This document shows positions 35,276 through 43,010 of a DNA stretch of 43,010 bases, one piece after another. Numbering within the stretch: the stretch's first letter is position 1; every line of letters begins with the position of its first letter. Origin of the DNA: a virus. Its lineage: Duplodnaviria > Caudoviricetes. Where the stretch lies: positions 1 to 43,010 of IMG/VR virus record IMGVR_UViG_3300028585_000523. The stretch is one strand, 5' to 3'. Below the pieces are notes generated by a model that was given only the letters and a program-made list of their open reading frames with translations, made no database searches and was not told the DNA's origin. The position numbers were made by a program, and so were the translations under genes.

Positions 35276-35584
35276 ATGGCGGCACGGTCCAAATTCCCGC
35301 GTATTACTTTCGCCCAGCGCGAACTGCACCGCCGAGGCCGACGCGCGCTTGGCTGCGACGTGTCGGGACGATGGCTCCGGTTTGGCGATCCGTTCGATCC
35401 TGATTTCGGCGAGGGCGATGCCGTATGGATGGATGTCCTGACGGATATTTACGATGAGGAAACGGATCTTGGCGCTCCCCGCACCCGAAAGCTCGCGTCA
35501 TTGATGGTAAGGGTCGAGGACTTGCGTGCCATCCTCGAACAGTTCGACGAGGAACGGAGGGCAGGCATAACAGCGCAAGGCTGA
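35276..35584 (+). CDS. Hypothetical protein
   Basis: 102-aa ORF with RBS-like AGGGG, divergent from the TA pair. Confidence 0.6.
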   Translation: MAARSKFPRITFAQRELHRRGRRALGCDVSGRWLRFGDPFDPDFGEGDAVWMDVLTDIYDEETDLGAPRTRKLASLMVRVEDLRAILEQFDEERRAGITAQG

Positions 35585-35711
35585 GCATTCATAATCATTT
35601 CATGCTTCGATACGTGAAACAGCGTTTCGCGCCACTGGGGCCGTTTGCCGCCTGTTCCTGTAAGACCCGACTTTGTAGAACAGCGAATCTAAACTTCGCG
35701 AGAGTCGTGTG

Positions 35712-36251
35712 ATGGCCGAAAACAAGCCCGTAGAAGCTAAACTGAAATTTTGGGAAGCTCTGGCTCTCGGTGCGCTCTTTATCGAGGCTATGGCATTGGT
35801 GGCCTATGGCGGAGCGACGCTAAGTTTTCTCGCTGCCGCCGTCCTCTTCCTGCTCGCACTCGCCAGTGCCGCCTCCGGGGGTATTCTGGGTTTCATCTTT
35901 GGAGTACCCCGATACAGAAGCGACGCCTCAATCACCGGAAATTTTCTTCATAATAGCAATTTGGAGCAGATTTCCGACTGGTTGACCAAAATTCTGGTCG
36001 GGGCGACGCTCGTTCAACTCGACAGGATCGGAGCGGCGATCGGGGCGGTTTCCCGTGAGATCGGAAATCAGCTCGGTGTGTCCAGCGGGTCGACAGCCGC
36101 CTGCAGTGTGATGGTTTTCTCTTTTTTCACGGGTTTCATGTGGGGTTATCTGTGGATCAGCTTGCGCGTCCGCGGTGAGATGGATCCGAAAATCCCGTTG
36201 CCCGCCCCAATTGACACCGCGGCCCCGGGCGGATCCGCGACCAACGAATGA
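35712..36251 (+). CDS. Uncharacterised multi-pass membrane protein
   Basis: Several hydrophobic helices; GFIFGVP...NLEQISDWLTKILVG motif. Confidence 0.7.
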   Translation: MAENKPVEAKLKFWEALALGALFIEAMALVAYGGATLSFLAAAVLFLLALASAASGGILGFIFGVPRYRSDASITGNFLHNSNLEQISDWLTKILVGATLVQLDRIGAAIGAVSREIGNQLGVSSGSTAACSVMVFSFFTGFMWGYLWISLRVRGEMDPKIPLPAPIDTAAPGGSATNE

Positions 36252-36610
36252 TCCCCACGCCCCTCGCCTGCACCCTCGTCGCCATCGACGGCGACACCCT
36301 CCGCTGCGGGCGCGAGCGGATCCGTCTGCTCGGCATCGATGCCCCCGAATTGCCCGGCCACTGCCGCCCCGGCCGCCAATGCGCCCCCGGCAACGCCGCC
36401 GCGTCAAAGCGCCGCCTGGCGACCGGCCTGCACGGACATGCCACGATCGAACGGATCGGCCGCGACCATTATGGCCGGACGCTCGCCATGGTCCGGGTCA
36501 ACGGCCTCGATCTCAGCTGCCGCCAGCTCACCGCGAGGCGCGCCATCTACAAGGTCCGCTGGGACAATGGCCGCCGCGTTGCCGCCACCTGCCCCGCGGC
36601 CCTCCCCTAG
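36248..36610 (+). CDS. Thermonuclease (SNase-like)
   Basis: IDGDTL, IRLLGIDAPE, DHYGRTLA. Confidence 0.9.
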   Translation: MIPTPLACTLVAIDGDTLRCGRERIRLLGIDAPELPGHCRPGRQCAPGNAAASKRRLATGLHGHATIERIGRDHYGRTLAMVRVNGLDLSCRQLTARRAIYKVRWDNGRRVAATCPAALP

Positions 36611-36655
36611 AGGCTGTTATGGACTTGTAAGCGGGGCTGATTCATCCGGTATTGG

Positions 36656-36748
36656 ATGAGTATTCACCGCAAGCCGTATCCGTCTGACGTTAGCGCCGAG
36701 GAGTGGTCGCTGATCGCGCCATACCTGCTGTTGCAGCGCGAGGATGCG
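36656..36748 (+). pseudogene. IS5-family transposase N-terminal stub
   Basis: MSIHRKPYPSDVSAEEWSLIAPYLLLQREDA (YPSD..EEW motif). Confidence 0.85.
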
Positions 36749-36902
36749 CCCGCCCGCCCATGTGGCGGCGCACCCTCCCCTGCCCTCTTCCAGCGACAGT
36801 AAAACCGGACTTTACGCTAGTAAAATGCTGCGCTACGGCCGGGTCTTGCGATCGGTTGACTCTCTGATTTCAGGGGAACATTCGCTTGAACAGGGGACGA
36901 TA

Positions 36903-37607
36903 ATGAAAGCCATATTCTTCGCGACTGCCGCACTGATCGCCGTCGTAAGCGCGCCAGCATCGGCCGCCGTCGTGACGCTGAACATCTTCGGCACGCTCAG
37001 CAACGCCACCTTCACGCGTATGACCAGCGGGCTAGATGGCTATCAGACCTACACGACGACCGACATCTCCGGGCAGGCTTACAAGGCGACCGCATCCTTC
37101 GATTTGGCCTTCAACTCCGGCGGCTACGCCTTCTACAACTTAGTCGGTTTCAAGTCCAACATCGGCGGCACTGACGGTTACAACTCCGCGGGCGGCGATG
37201 TGAACGGCACGTCCGTGGAAATCTCTCTAATCAACGATATCGAGTATCCCGGCTCGGTCAACTACGGCGACAGGTACGGCGCTTCGAGGATCACATTTCA
37301 GATCGTCGGTAACGCACTGACCCAGAACGGCGACCTAGCAACGCTCAATTTCGACAATGTCGACTATGAGAACAGCACTGGTTATTTCCAGTATGATCGC
37401 GCCGTCTCCGATGGGCCAAACACCAGCGGCGACGAATTCTACGAGTCGTTCGGCAACCTCAAGATCAACCGGATCAGCTTCCCCGCCGTGGCGGCTGTTC
37501 CGGAGCCGGCAAGCTGGGCGCTCATGATCGGCGGCTTCGGTCTGGTCGGCGGCACCTTGCGTCGCCGGTCGATGAAGGCGACCAGCACGACGACCGTGTT
37601 CGCCTAA
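36903..37607 (+). CDS. PEP-CTERM (PEPxxWA-type) surface protein
   Basis: Signal peptide MKAIFFATAALIAVVSAPASA; C-terminal VPEPASWALMIGGFGLVGGTLRRR. Confidence 0.92.
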   Translation: MKAIFFATAALIAVVSAPASAAVVTLNIFGTLSNATFTRMTSGLDGYQTYTTTDISGQAYKATASFDLAFNSGGYAFYNLVGFKSNIGGTDGYNSAGGDVNGTSVEISLINDIEYPGSVNYGDRYGASRITFQIVGNALTQNGDLATLNFDNVDYENSTGYFQYDRAVSDGPNTSGDEFYESFGNLKINRISFPAVAAVPEPASWALMIGGFGLVGGTLRRRSMKATSTTTVFA

Positions 37608-37626
37608 CCTTCCCCTGCCCTCAAAC

Positions 37627-37662
37627 AAAGAGCCGCCGGCAGCAATGCCGGCGGCTTCTTTA
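37627..37662 (+). terminator. Rho-independent terminator of the passenger gene
   Basis: AGCCGCCGGCA-GCAA-TGCCGGCGGCT followed by TCTTT. Confidence 0.75.
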
Positions 37663-37684
37663 TGTCTTGCCCATGCGAGGGCCG

Positions 37685-37792
37685 CTCGTCGAAGATTACG
37701 AACGCTATTCCGAAACCCTCGCAGGACTTCACATCGTCGCTTTCGGCTGCCTCATGATGAAGCAGGCTGCCGCGCTCGCCGCAGGTTCATAA
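37685..37792 (+). pseudogene. IS5-family transposase C-terminal stub
   Basis: LVEDYERYSETLAGLHIVAFGCLMMKQAAALAAGS*, with the stop inside the right inverted repeat. Confidence 0.85.
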
Positions 37793-37798
37793 CAGCCT

Positions 37799-38512
37799 CT
37801 AGGACGCCACCATCATCCCGCCGATCACCGCGAAGGCGATGATGAAGAACCAGAGCGCGAACATCTGCTGGGCCTGATCGCTCGCTTTGGCCACCGCCAC
37901 GCGCGCGGCCTCGGCCCGCTGCTGCGCCAGCCCCTCCTCCGTCAGCGCCGGCGCAACATAGTCCGGATCCTGCGCAAGCATGGCGGCATTGGCTACCCCC
38001 AAGCGCCCCCAGCACATCGCCGCCATGTCCGGCTCCAGGTCTTGATGCAGCAACGCGCACGAGATCCGCACCGTCGCCTCCAGCGCCGGCCGGTGATCCG
38101 GTACCCAGGTCCGGACTTCGGACAACGCGTCAATCAACTGGGCCGAAACGGTCAGATAGGTCCGCCGCACGCCGTCCGCCGCGCCATGTTCCTCGAAATG
38201 CCGCCGCGCAGCGTCGTACAGCGACTCGACCAGAATGGTGAGATCGGCAACCGCACGCTCCGCCACCGCGCCCTTCTCGCCATCGCCCGCCGTCGCGATC
38301 GCGTGGCTGAACAGAACGATCGTCTCGTTGATGCGAACATGCGCCAGCGTCGACAGCCGCCCGGCCGCACGCCCCTTCCCCAGCCAGGCCGCGCCGATCG
38401 TCGGATCCGCCTCCAGCACCCGGTTATAATAAGAGATCGCTTCCTCATAATTCTGCGCGCGCTCCGCCGTCGCGCCCATCCCCATGAGGTTGTCGATGTT
38501 CGGATGATCCAT
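37799..38512 (-). CDS. TPR-containing protein with C-terminal membrane anchor
   Basis: NYEEAISYYNRVLEADP...AWLGKGRA; hydrophobic C-terminus; downstream of the repressor on the same strand. Confidence 0.8.
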   Translation of the reverse strand: MDHPNIDNLMGMGATAERAQNYEEAISYYNRVLEADPTIGAAWLGKGRAAGRLSTLAHVRINETIVLFSHAIATAGDGEKGAVAERAVADLTILVESLYDAARRHFEEHGAADGVRRTYLTVSAQLIDALSEVRTWVPDHRPALEATVRISCALLHQDLEPDMAAMCWGRLGVANAAMLAQDPDYVAPALTEEGLAQQRAEAARVAVAKASDQAQQMFALWFFIIAFAVIGGMMVAS

Positions 38513-38719
38513 GCATAGCCCCCGCTCTACAAAATGATCCCGATCCCCGCGTGAAAGCGTCGCACCGCGTGAAGACGATCCGGCGCGACTGGCTTCATCG
38601 CGCGCGCCAACTGGATCAGCGCAGCGCGATCGGCAGGGGAAAGATAAGGCAGGCATCCCGCGATCGTCCGAAGGTCGTCGTCGAGATCGTCCTCACCGAT
38701 CGCGCTGGAACCGGCCGAA

Positions 38720-39088
38720 TCATCGGCCCTTGTCCAGCGAATGGTCCCGCCTCCCCAAATTACTCGCCATCGAGCAGGCCACCTGCATCAACGCGGCCTT
38801 GGTCGGCGCTGTCAGGTCGCGATAGCAACCGATCAGCCGACGTTCGTCGCTGTCAAGTTCCAGTTCGGCCGGAACCTCGGAATGCGGATCGTCGGTTTCC
38901 CCGCTCAGATAGGCGGCGGTCGTGCCCAATTCACGGGCGATCTTATGCAGATGGGCGGACGATCGCGCCTTGCCGCTCAGCAGCCCACCGATCGTACCCT
39001 GAGACAGCTTGGTGCGCCGGGCGACCTCGGACTGGCTGATGCCAAGAACGGCAAGCCGTTCCCTGATGCGATCTCCGACTTTCACCAT
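38720..39088 (-). CDS. cI: XRE-family phage repressor (cI-like) without S24 peptidase domain
   Basis: GDRIRERL...SQSEVARR..LSQGTIG.L; divergent from cro. Confidence 0.85.
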   Translation of the reverse strand: MVKVGDRIRERLAVLGISQSEVARRTKLSQGTIGGLLSGKARSSAHLHKIARELGTTAAYLSGETDDPHSEVPAELELDSDERRLIGCYRDLTAPTKAALMQVACSMASNLGRRDHSLDKGR

Positions 39089-39093
39089 CGCAT

Positions 39094-39113
39094 TCTATTG
39101 CAACCGCAATAGA
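39094..39113. promoter_or_regulatory. Operator 1: TCTATTGC-N4-GCAATAGA
   Basis: Perfect 8-bp inverted repeat in the cI/cro intergenic region. Confidence 0.8.
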
Positions 39114-39140
39114 TCACCACAACGGTAATGCGATTGGCGA

Positions 39141-39162
39141 ATCTATCGCAATAGCGATAGAT
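39141..39162. promoter_or_regulatory. Operator 2: ATCTATCGC-N4-GCGATAGAT
   Basis: Perfect 9-bp inverted repeat with the same consensus as operator 1. Confidence 0.8.
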
Positions 39163-39168
39163 GGCGTT

Positions 39169-39417
39169 ATGGGAATCGAAGCCGACCTCCAGACGCCGCT
39201 CGCCGCCGCCGTCCGCCATGTCGGCTCGCAGTCCGCCTTCGCGCGCCTGATCGGCCGCAGCCAGGCCTATGTCCACGCCCTGCTGCGCGATGACAGACCC
39301 CTTCCCGCCGAAAACGTCCTCCTCGTCGAATCCTCGACCGGTATCTCCCGGTTTGCCCTGCGTCCGGACGTCTACGGCCTGGCAGACGGCAAAACCGACG
39401 CGGAGGCGGCGCGGTGA
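39169..39417 (+). CDS. cro: Cro-like (YdaS-type) regulator
   Basis: GSQSAFARLIG.SQ...LPAE.V...TGISR..LRPDVY. Confidence 0.88.
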   Translation: MGIEADLQTPLAAAVRHVGSQSAFARLIGRSQAYVHALLRDDRPLPAENVLLVESSTGISRFALRPDVYGLADGKTDAEAAR

Positions 39418-39541
39418 TGCATCGTCCACACCCGTTCCCAACAATGACGGTTCATACCGCCGCCGCTCGCCTTTCTAGCCTCCCCCGCCGCCCAGATCCG
39501 TTGCGATCGACCCGCTCCCCTGCAATTCGTGAGGCCCGGCC

Positions 39542-40006
39542 GTGAAACATCGCGACCCCTGGAGCTTCGAGGACGCGCTCGTCCGCATCGCCGACCGGAT
39601 CGGCTGGCGGGAGGTCGCGCGCATCGGCCGACGCACCGATCGCACAGTCCGCGACTGGGGCGATCCCGATTCGCCGCGTACCCCGCCGATCGCCACCGCC
39701 GCCGCGCTCGATGCCGCCTGGCTCGCCTCCGGCGGCATCGGCGCACCGTTCCGCGACGCGCACGACCATCTGCTCGCCACGGTAGCGAGGCCCGCCGACT
39801 TCGATCCCGCGCGGCTGGGCGACGCCACCATCGCCTGCATCCGCGAAGGCGGTCAGGCCGAACAGGCGCTCGTCCAGGCGCTGCTCCCCGGCGCGACCCC
39901 CGCCGAACGCCGCGTCGCCGCACGCGAGGTCGCGGACGGGATCGCCGCCTACGCCGCCACCCTGCCCCTGCTCGCCGCCCCCCGCCCGCCTCGCCCGCCG
40001 CCCTGA
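39542..40006 (+). CDS. CII-like regulatory protein
   Basis: Position after cro; N-terminal HTH (REVARIGRRTDRTVRDWGDPD). Confidence 0.55.
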   Translation: MKHRDPWSFEDALVRIADRIGWREVARIGRRTDRTVRDWGDPDSPRTPPIATAAALDAAWLASGGIGAPFRDAHDHLLATVARPADFDPARLGDATIACIREGGQAEQALVQALLPGATPAERRVAAREVADGIAAYAATLPLLAAPRPPRPPP

Positions 40007-40097
40007 CCGGCCGAAACCGAACCCACCGCCACGCCTGTCCCGCCGCCCGCCGATCCCCCTGATCGGCGGAACGGCTCCCTGCTGCCGGAAGACCCCG

Positions 40098-40337
40098 ATG
40101 CACGATCTCGACCATCTCGCGGTGATCCTCGCCGAAACCCGGCGCAACCGGCAGCAATTGCTGGCCATGTTGCCCGAGAACGACCGCGCCGATCCCGCCG
40201 GCACGATCGCCACGCGTCAGCTTAACCAGGTGCTGCTCCATCTCGGCCGCGCCTGCCTCGATCTCCGGCTGGTGCTCGATCTGGCCGAACCGTCCGGCGC
40301 GGGCGTCATCCTCGACATCCCGGCCGCGCGGCGATGA
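40098..40337 (+). CDS. Hypothetical protein
   Basis: In the early operon; ATGA overlap with the next gene. Confidence 0.6.
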   Translation: MHDLDHLAVILAETRRNRQQLLAMLPENDRADPAGTIATRQLNQVLLHLGRACLDLRLVLDLAEPSGAGVILDIPAARR

Positions 40338-40591
40338 CACCCGGCCAGTTTCTTCGCGAAGCCCGCGAACGCCACCATCTCGGCATCGCCGATCTCGTCC
40401 CGTCGCTCGCCACCATCCCGCCCATCTGCGCGCATGACCGCGCCGAATGGCTCGCCCTGGTCGAGGCGGACCGCGCGCCCGTGACGATCGATGTCGGCCT
40501 GGCGCTTTTCCGGCTGCTCGGCTTCGACTGGAACAGGCTCGTAAGCCTGGTCGCGGCCACCGCCAGCGACCCGCAGGGGGGCGAAGCATGA
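40334..40591 (+). CDS. HTH-like early protein
   Basis: MTPGQFLREARERHHLGIADL N-terminus. Confidence 0.6.
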   Translation: MTPGQFLREARERHHLGIADLVPSLATIPPICAHDRAEWLALVEADRAPVTIDVGLALFRLLGFDWNRLVSLVAATASDPQGGEA

Positions 40592-42516
40592 CCGCGCCCG
40601 CCCCGGCCAGGGCCTGCCCCTGCCTGGCCTGCGCCACCCTCGACCGCACGTTCCCGCGCGACGGCGTCCAACTGCGCCTGATCGCAGGTTCGGGAGGCCG
40701 CGCCGCGCCCTCCCTCCCCCATCCCGACGCATCGACGGTTGCAGCCGCCGATGGAGCACCGACCAGCGGCCGTCCGGACATGCGCTCGCCGCGCCAAAGC
40801 ACTGGCACAGGAGACAGCGTCCCCATGAACGCACGCGCCGCGATCGCCAAGATCGCACTGTCCGCCCCCCCGGCGAAAGCCGCCCCCGCCCCGCCGCCCC
40901 GCATCGTCCCGTCCGCGCCGGAACCGGTCGCGCTCGGCACGCTCGATCGCGCGCCCGAAAATGTCCGCCATGTCCGGATCGACGAGGATGTGACCGGCCT
41001 CGCCGACGACATCGCCGCGCATGGCCTGCTGCAATCGCTGATCGGCTATCGCGACGGCCACCGCGTGCGGATCGTCGGCGGCGGCCGCCGGCTCCAGGCG
41101 TTGCACCGGCTGGTGGAGGACGGGCTGATCGACGCGCGCTTCCGCGTGCCGGTCCTGATCCGCGACGCCGCCGACGCGCTCGAACTGTCGCTGGCCGAAA
41201 ATCTCCAGCAGCGCACCATGTCCCCGGTCGACGAATTCTTCGCCTTCAAGGCGCTGATCGACACCCGCCACCATTCGCCGGCCGGCTTGGCGGCACGGTT
41301 CGGCTTCTCCGAACGCGTCGTGAAGCAACGCCTCCGCCTCGCCAACCTCGCGCCCGTCATCCTCGATGCGCTCGCCGCCCGCGCGATCACGCTCGACGCG
41401 GCGATGGCCTATGCCGCCACGCAGGACCGCGATTTGCAGGCCGAGATCTTCGCGATCGAACATCGCCGCGGCCACGACCCCCACCGCCTCGCCAACATCC
41501 GCCACGCGGTCGCGGCGAAGGGCATGAAGACCGACCACCCGGTCATGACCTTCCTCGGCATCGAAGCCTATGAAGCTGCCGGCGGCGGATACGAAGACAG
41601 CCTGTTCACCGACGCGGCCGACGCCGACCGGATCGTCGCCCGCCCGATGCTCGCTCAGGCGAAGGCGATCGAACGGATCGACGCCGCGATGGCCGAACTC
41701 CTCGCCGATGTCCGCGCCGACCCGGACTTCGCGCCGACCGTCACCGGCTATGTCATCGCCCCCGGCCTCCGCCTGCACAGCTGGGGCAATCAGGACGCGA
41801 AGGGACCGCCCGGCACCAGCCGCGTCGACGAGCCTGACGAACGCAGGCTATGGCAGCGGATACGCGACACCGACATCGACGTGCAGCTGCTGGTCGGCAT
41901 CGATTCCACCGGCGCGCTGAAGATCCACCCCCGCACCGTCTTCGTCGCCAAGGCCGACCGCGCCCGGATCACCCCCCCGCCCGCGACCGCCCCGGACCAC
42001 GCCGCCGCCCAGGCCGAAGCCACGCGCCGCGCCGGCATCGACCTGTGGGCCGGCCGCCTGTCCGTCGGTTCGTTCGTCGGCACCCCGTTCGAGGGACGCG
42101 CCTACTGGCCCGAGCCGCACCGCGACCACAGCCACGCCACGTCGCGCGACGGGATCCCCGGCCGGTTCGTCCACATCAACATCTTCGTCCCCGACGCACT
42201 GGCGGCAACGAAGCGCAAGCAGGCCGAACGCCGCTACGACAAGTGGCTCGCCGAACGCGCCGCGCCCCATCCCGACCGCGCGACACGCGCCCAAACGCTG
42301 CTCGCCATGGATCCCCCCGCCGCCGCGATCGTCGCCGGCGACGCTTGGCTACGCCAGCCAGACGGCGGCTACGCGACCGAGCATGACCCGGCCACGTCCT
42401 ATGACAGCTGGGCCTTCCTGCTCGATTGCCACCAGCCGGACGAGATCGGCGAAACCTTCGCGACGCTCGCCGACTTCGAAGCCGCCACGCTGGCGCGCGC
42501 CGGGGCGGACGCGTGA
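40588..42516 (+). CDS. parB: ParB/RepB/Spo0J-family protein (alternative start at 40825)
   Basis: ENVR, GLLQSL, VGGGRRLQAL, SLAENLQ, HTH AARFGFSERVVKQRLRLA. Confidence 0.85.
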   Translation: MTAPAPARACPCLACATLDRTFPRDGVQLRLIAGSGGRAAPSLPHPDASTVAAADGAPTSGRPDMRSPRQSTGTGDSVPMNARAAIAKIALSAPPAKAAPAPPPRIVPSAPEPVALGTLDRAPENVRHVRIDEDVTGLADDIAAHGLLQSLIGYRDGHRVRIVGGGRRLQALHRLVEDGLIDARFRVPVLIRDAADALELSLAENLQQRTMSPVDEFFAFKALIDTRHHSPAGLAARFGFSERVVKQRLRLANLAPVILDALAARAITLDAAMAYAATQDRDLQAEIFAIEHRRGHDPHRLANIRHAVAAKGMKTDHPVMTFLGIEAYEAAGGGYEDSLFTDAADADRIVARPMLAQAKAIERIDAAMAELLADVRADPDFAPTVTGYVIAPGLRLHSWGNQDAKGPPGTSRVDEPDERRLWQRIRDTDIDVQLLVGIDSTGALKIHPRTVFVAKADRARITPPPATAPDHAAAQAEATRRAGIDLWAGRLSVGSFVGTPFEGRAYWPEPHRDHSHATSRDGIPGRFVHINIFVPDALAATKRKQAERRYDKWLAERAAPHPDRATRAQTLLAMDPPAAAIVAGDAWLRQPDGGYATEHDPATSYDSWAFLLDCHQPDEIGETFATLADFEAATLARAGADA

Positions 42517-43010
42517 TCGCCGCCGCCACCGCCCGCCGTCGCGCCCAGGGTTGCTTCGCCATCGCCCGCTCGACGCCCTTCGCGAAAGAGCGGGAAACCG
42601 CATTGTCGCGGGGGATCTCGATCGCCGAAAAGGCCGGGCTGTCGCTCGATCAGTTCGACATTCCGGGCCGCCCCCGCCCCGCCCCGCGCCCGAGCGCCAC
42701 AGGCGGCAGACCCCCCGTCTACACCGCCGCCGAAGCGGCGGAGGCCATGCGCCGCTTCCATGAAAACAGCGTCAGGAGCGCAGCCGATCTGCACGAAGCG
42801 ATGATGACGTCGTCCAGCGCGGGACGACCCAGATTTTTCGTGGATGACGATATCCGCCCGGACGAGAGCTACGAGGCAGCCCGCCGCCGCGCGTTCGACG
42901 AGGCGATCGCGGACGCGAAACGGCGCGACCAACTCCACGAGGCAAAAGCGGCGTTTGCCCGCGAGCGACGGGCAGAGCTTCGCCGCGCCAACGGGGAACA
43001 GCCCGCATGA
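42513..43010 (+). CDS. Hypothetical protein
   Basis: GTGA overlap with the parB stop; ends at the last base of the window. Confidence 0.65.
   Translation: MIAAATARRRAQGCFAIARSTPFAKERETALSRGISIAEKAGLSLDQFDIPGRPRPAPRPSATGGRPPVYTAAEAAEAMRRFHENSVRSAADLHEAMMTSSSAGRPRFFVDDDIRPDESYEAARRRAFDEAIADAKRRDQLHEAKAAFARERRAELRRANGEQPA

Larger units (their letters stand above)
36610..37799 (+). mobile_element. Non-autonomous IS5-family derivative carrying a PEP-CTERM passenger gene
   Basis: Terminal inverted repeats GAGGCTGTTATGGA / TTCATAACAGCCTC with CTAG (TA core) at both ends; transposase stubs at both ends. Confidence 0.85.
1..43010. mobile_element. Temperate HK97-like siphophage, probably a circular genome (excised prophage or phage-plasmid)
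   Basis: Complete head, tail, lysis, immunity, integration and replication modules with no housekeeping genes; integrase lies internally. Confidence 0.92.

Noticed and set aside
36744-36902. Longer start for the second PEP-CTERM gene
   Set aside because: The signal peptide and RBS indicate the start at 36903

Overview
The window is an apparently complete, GC-rich 43-kb temperate siphophage genome of an alphaproteobacterium, most likely a sphingomonad (inferred from PEPxxWA-CTERM genes, a GTA-like tail module and a GAAC-N7-GAAC LexA box). It has an HK97-type head (HNH, TerS, TerL, portal, ClpP-type protease, capsid), a non-contractile tail, a lysis cassette, a cI/cro switch with two operators, a P4-type tyrosine integrase, a plasmid-type RepA and a ParB. 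The early operon appears to run across the window ends, which suggests a circular molecule and possibly a phage-plasmid. Main observations: (1) an IS5-family element whose transposase core has been replaced by an intact PEP-CTERM surface-protein gene, inserted into the CTAG shared by two convergent stop codons; (2) a C4/CI-like antisense RNA with upstream and downstream targets in front of a C5 DNA methyltransferase, downstream of a LexA box; (3) that methyltransferase appears to be encoded in two overlapping frames; (4) a tail-tip protein fused to a GTA-like TIM-barrel module; (5) a putative late regulator split by one in-frame TAG; (6) candidate defence cargo (DUF4062-HEAT protein, TA pair, low-GC orphan). 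All family calls come from motif recognition by eye; no searches were run.
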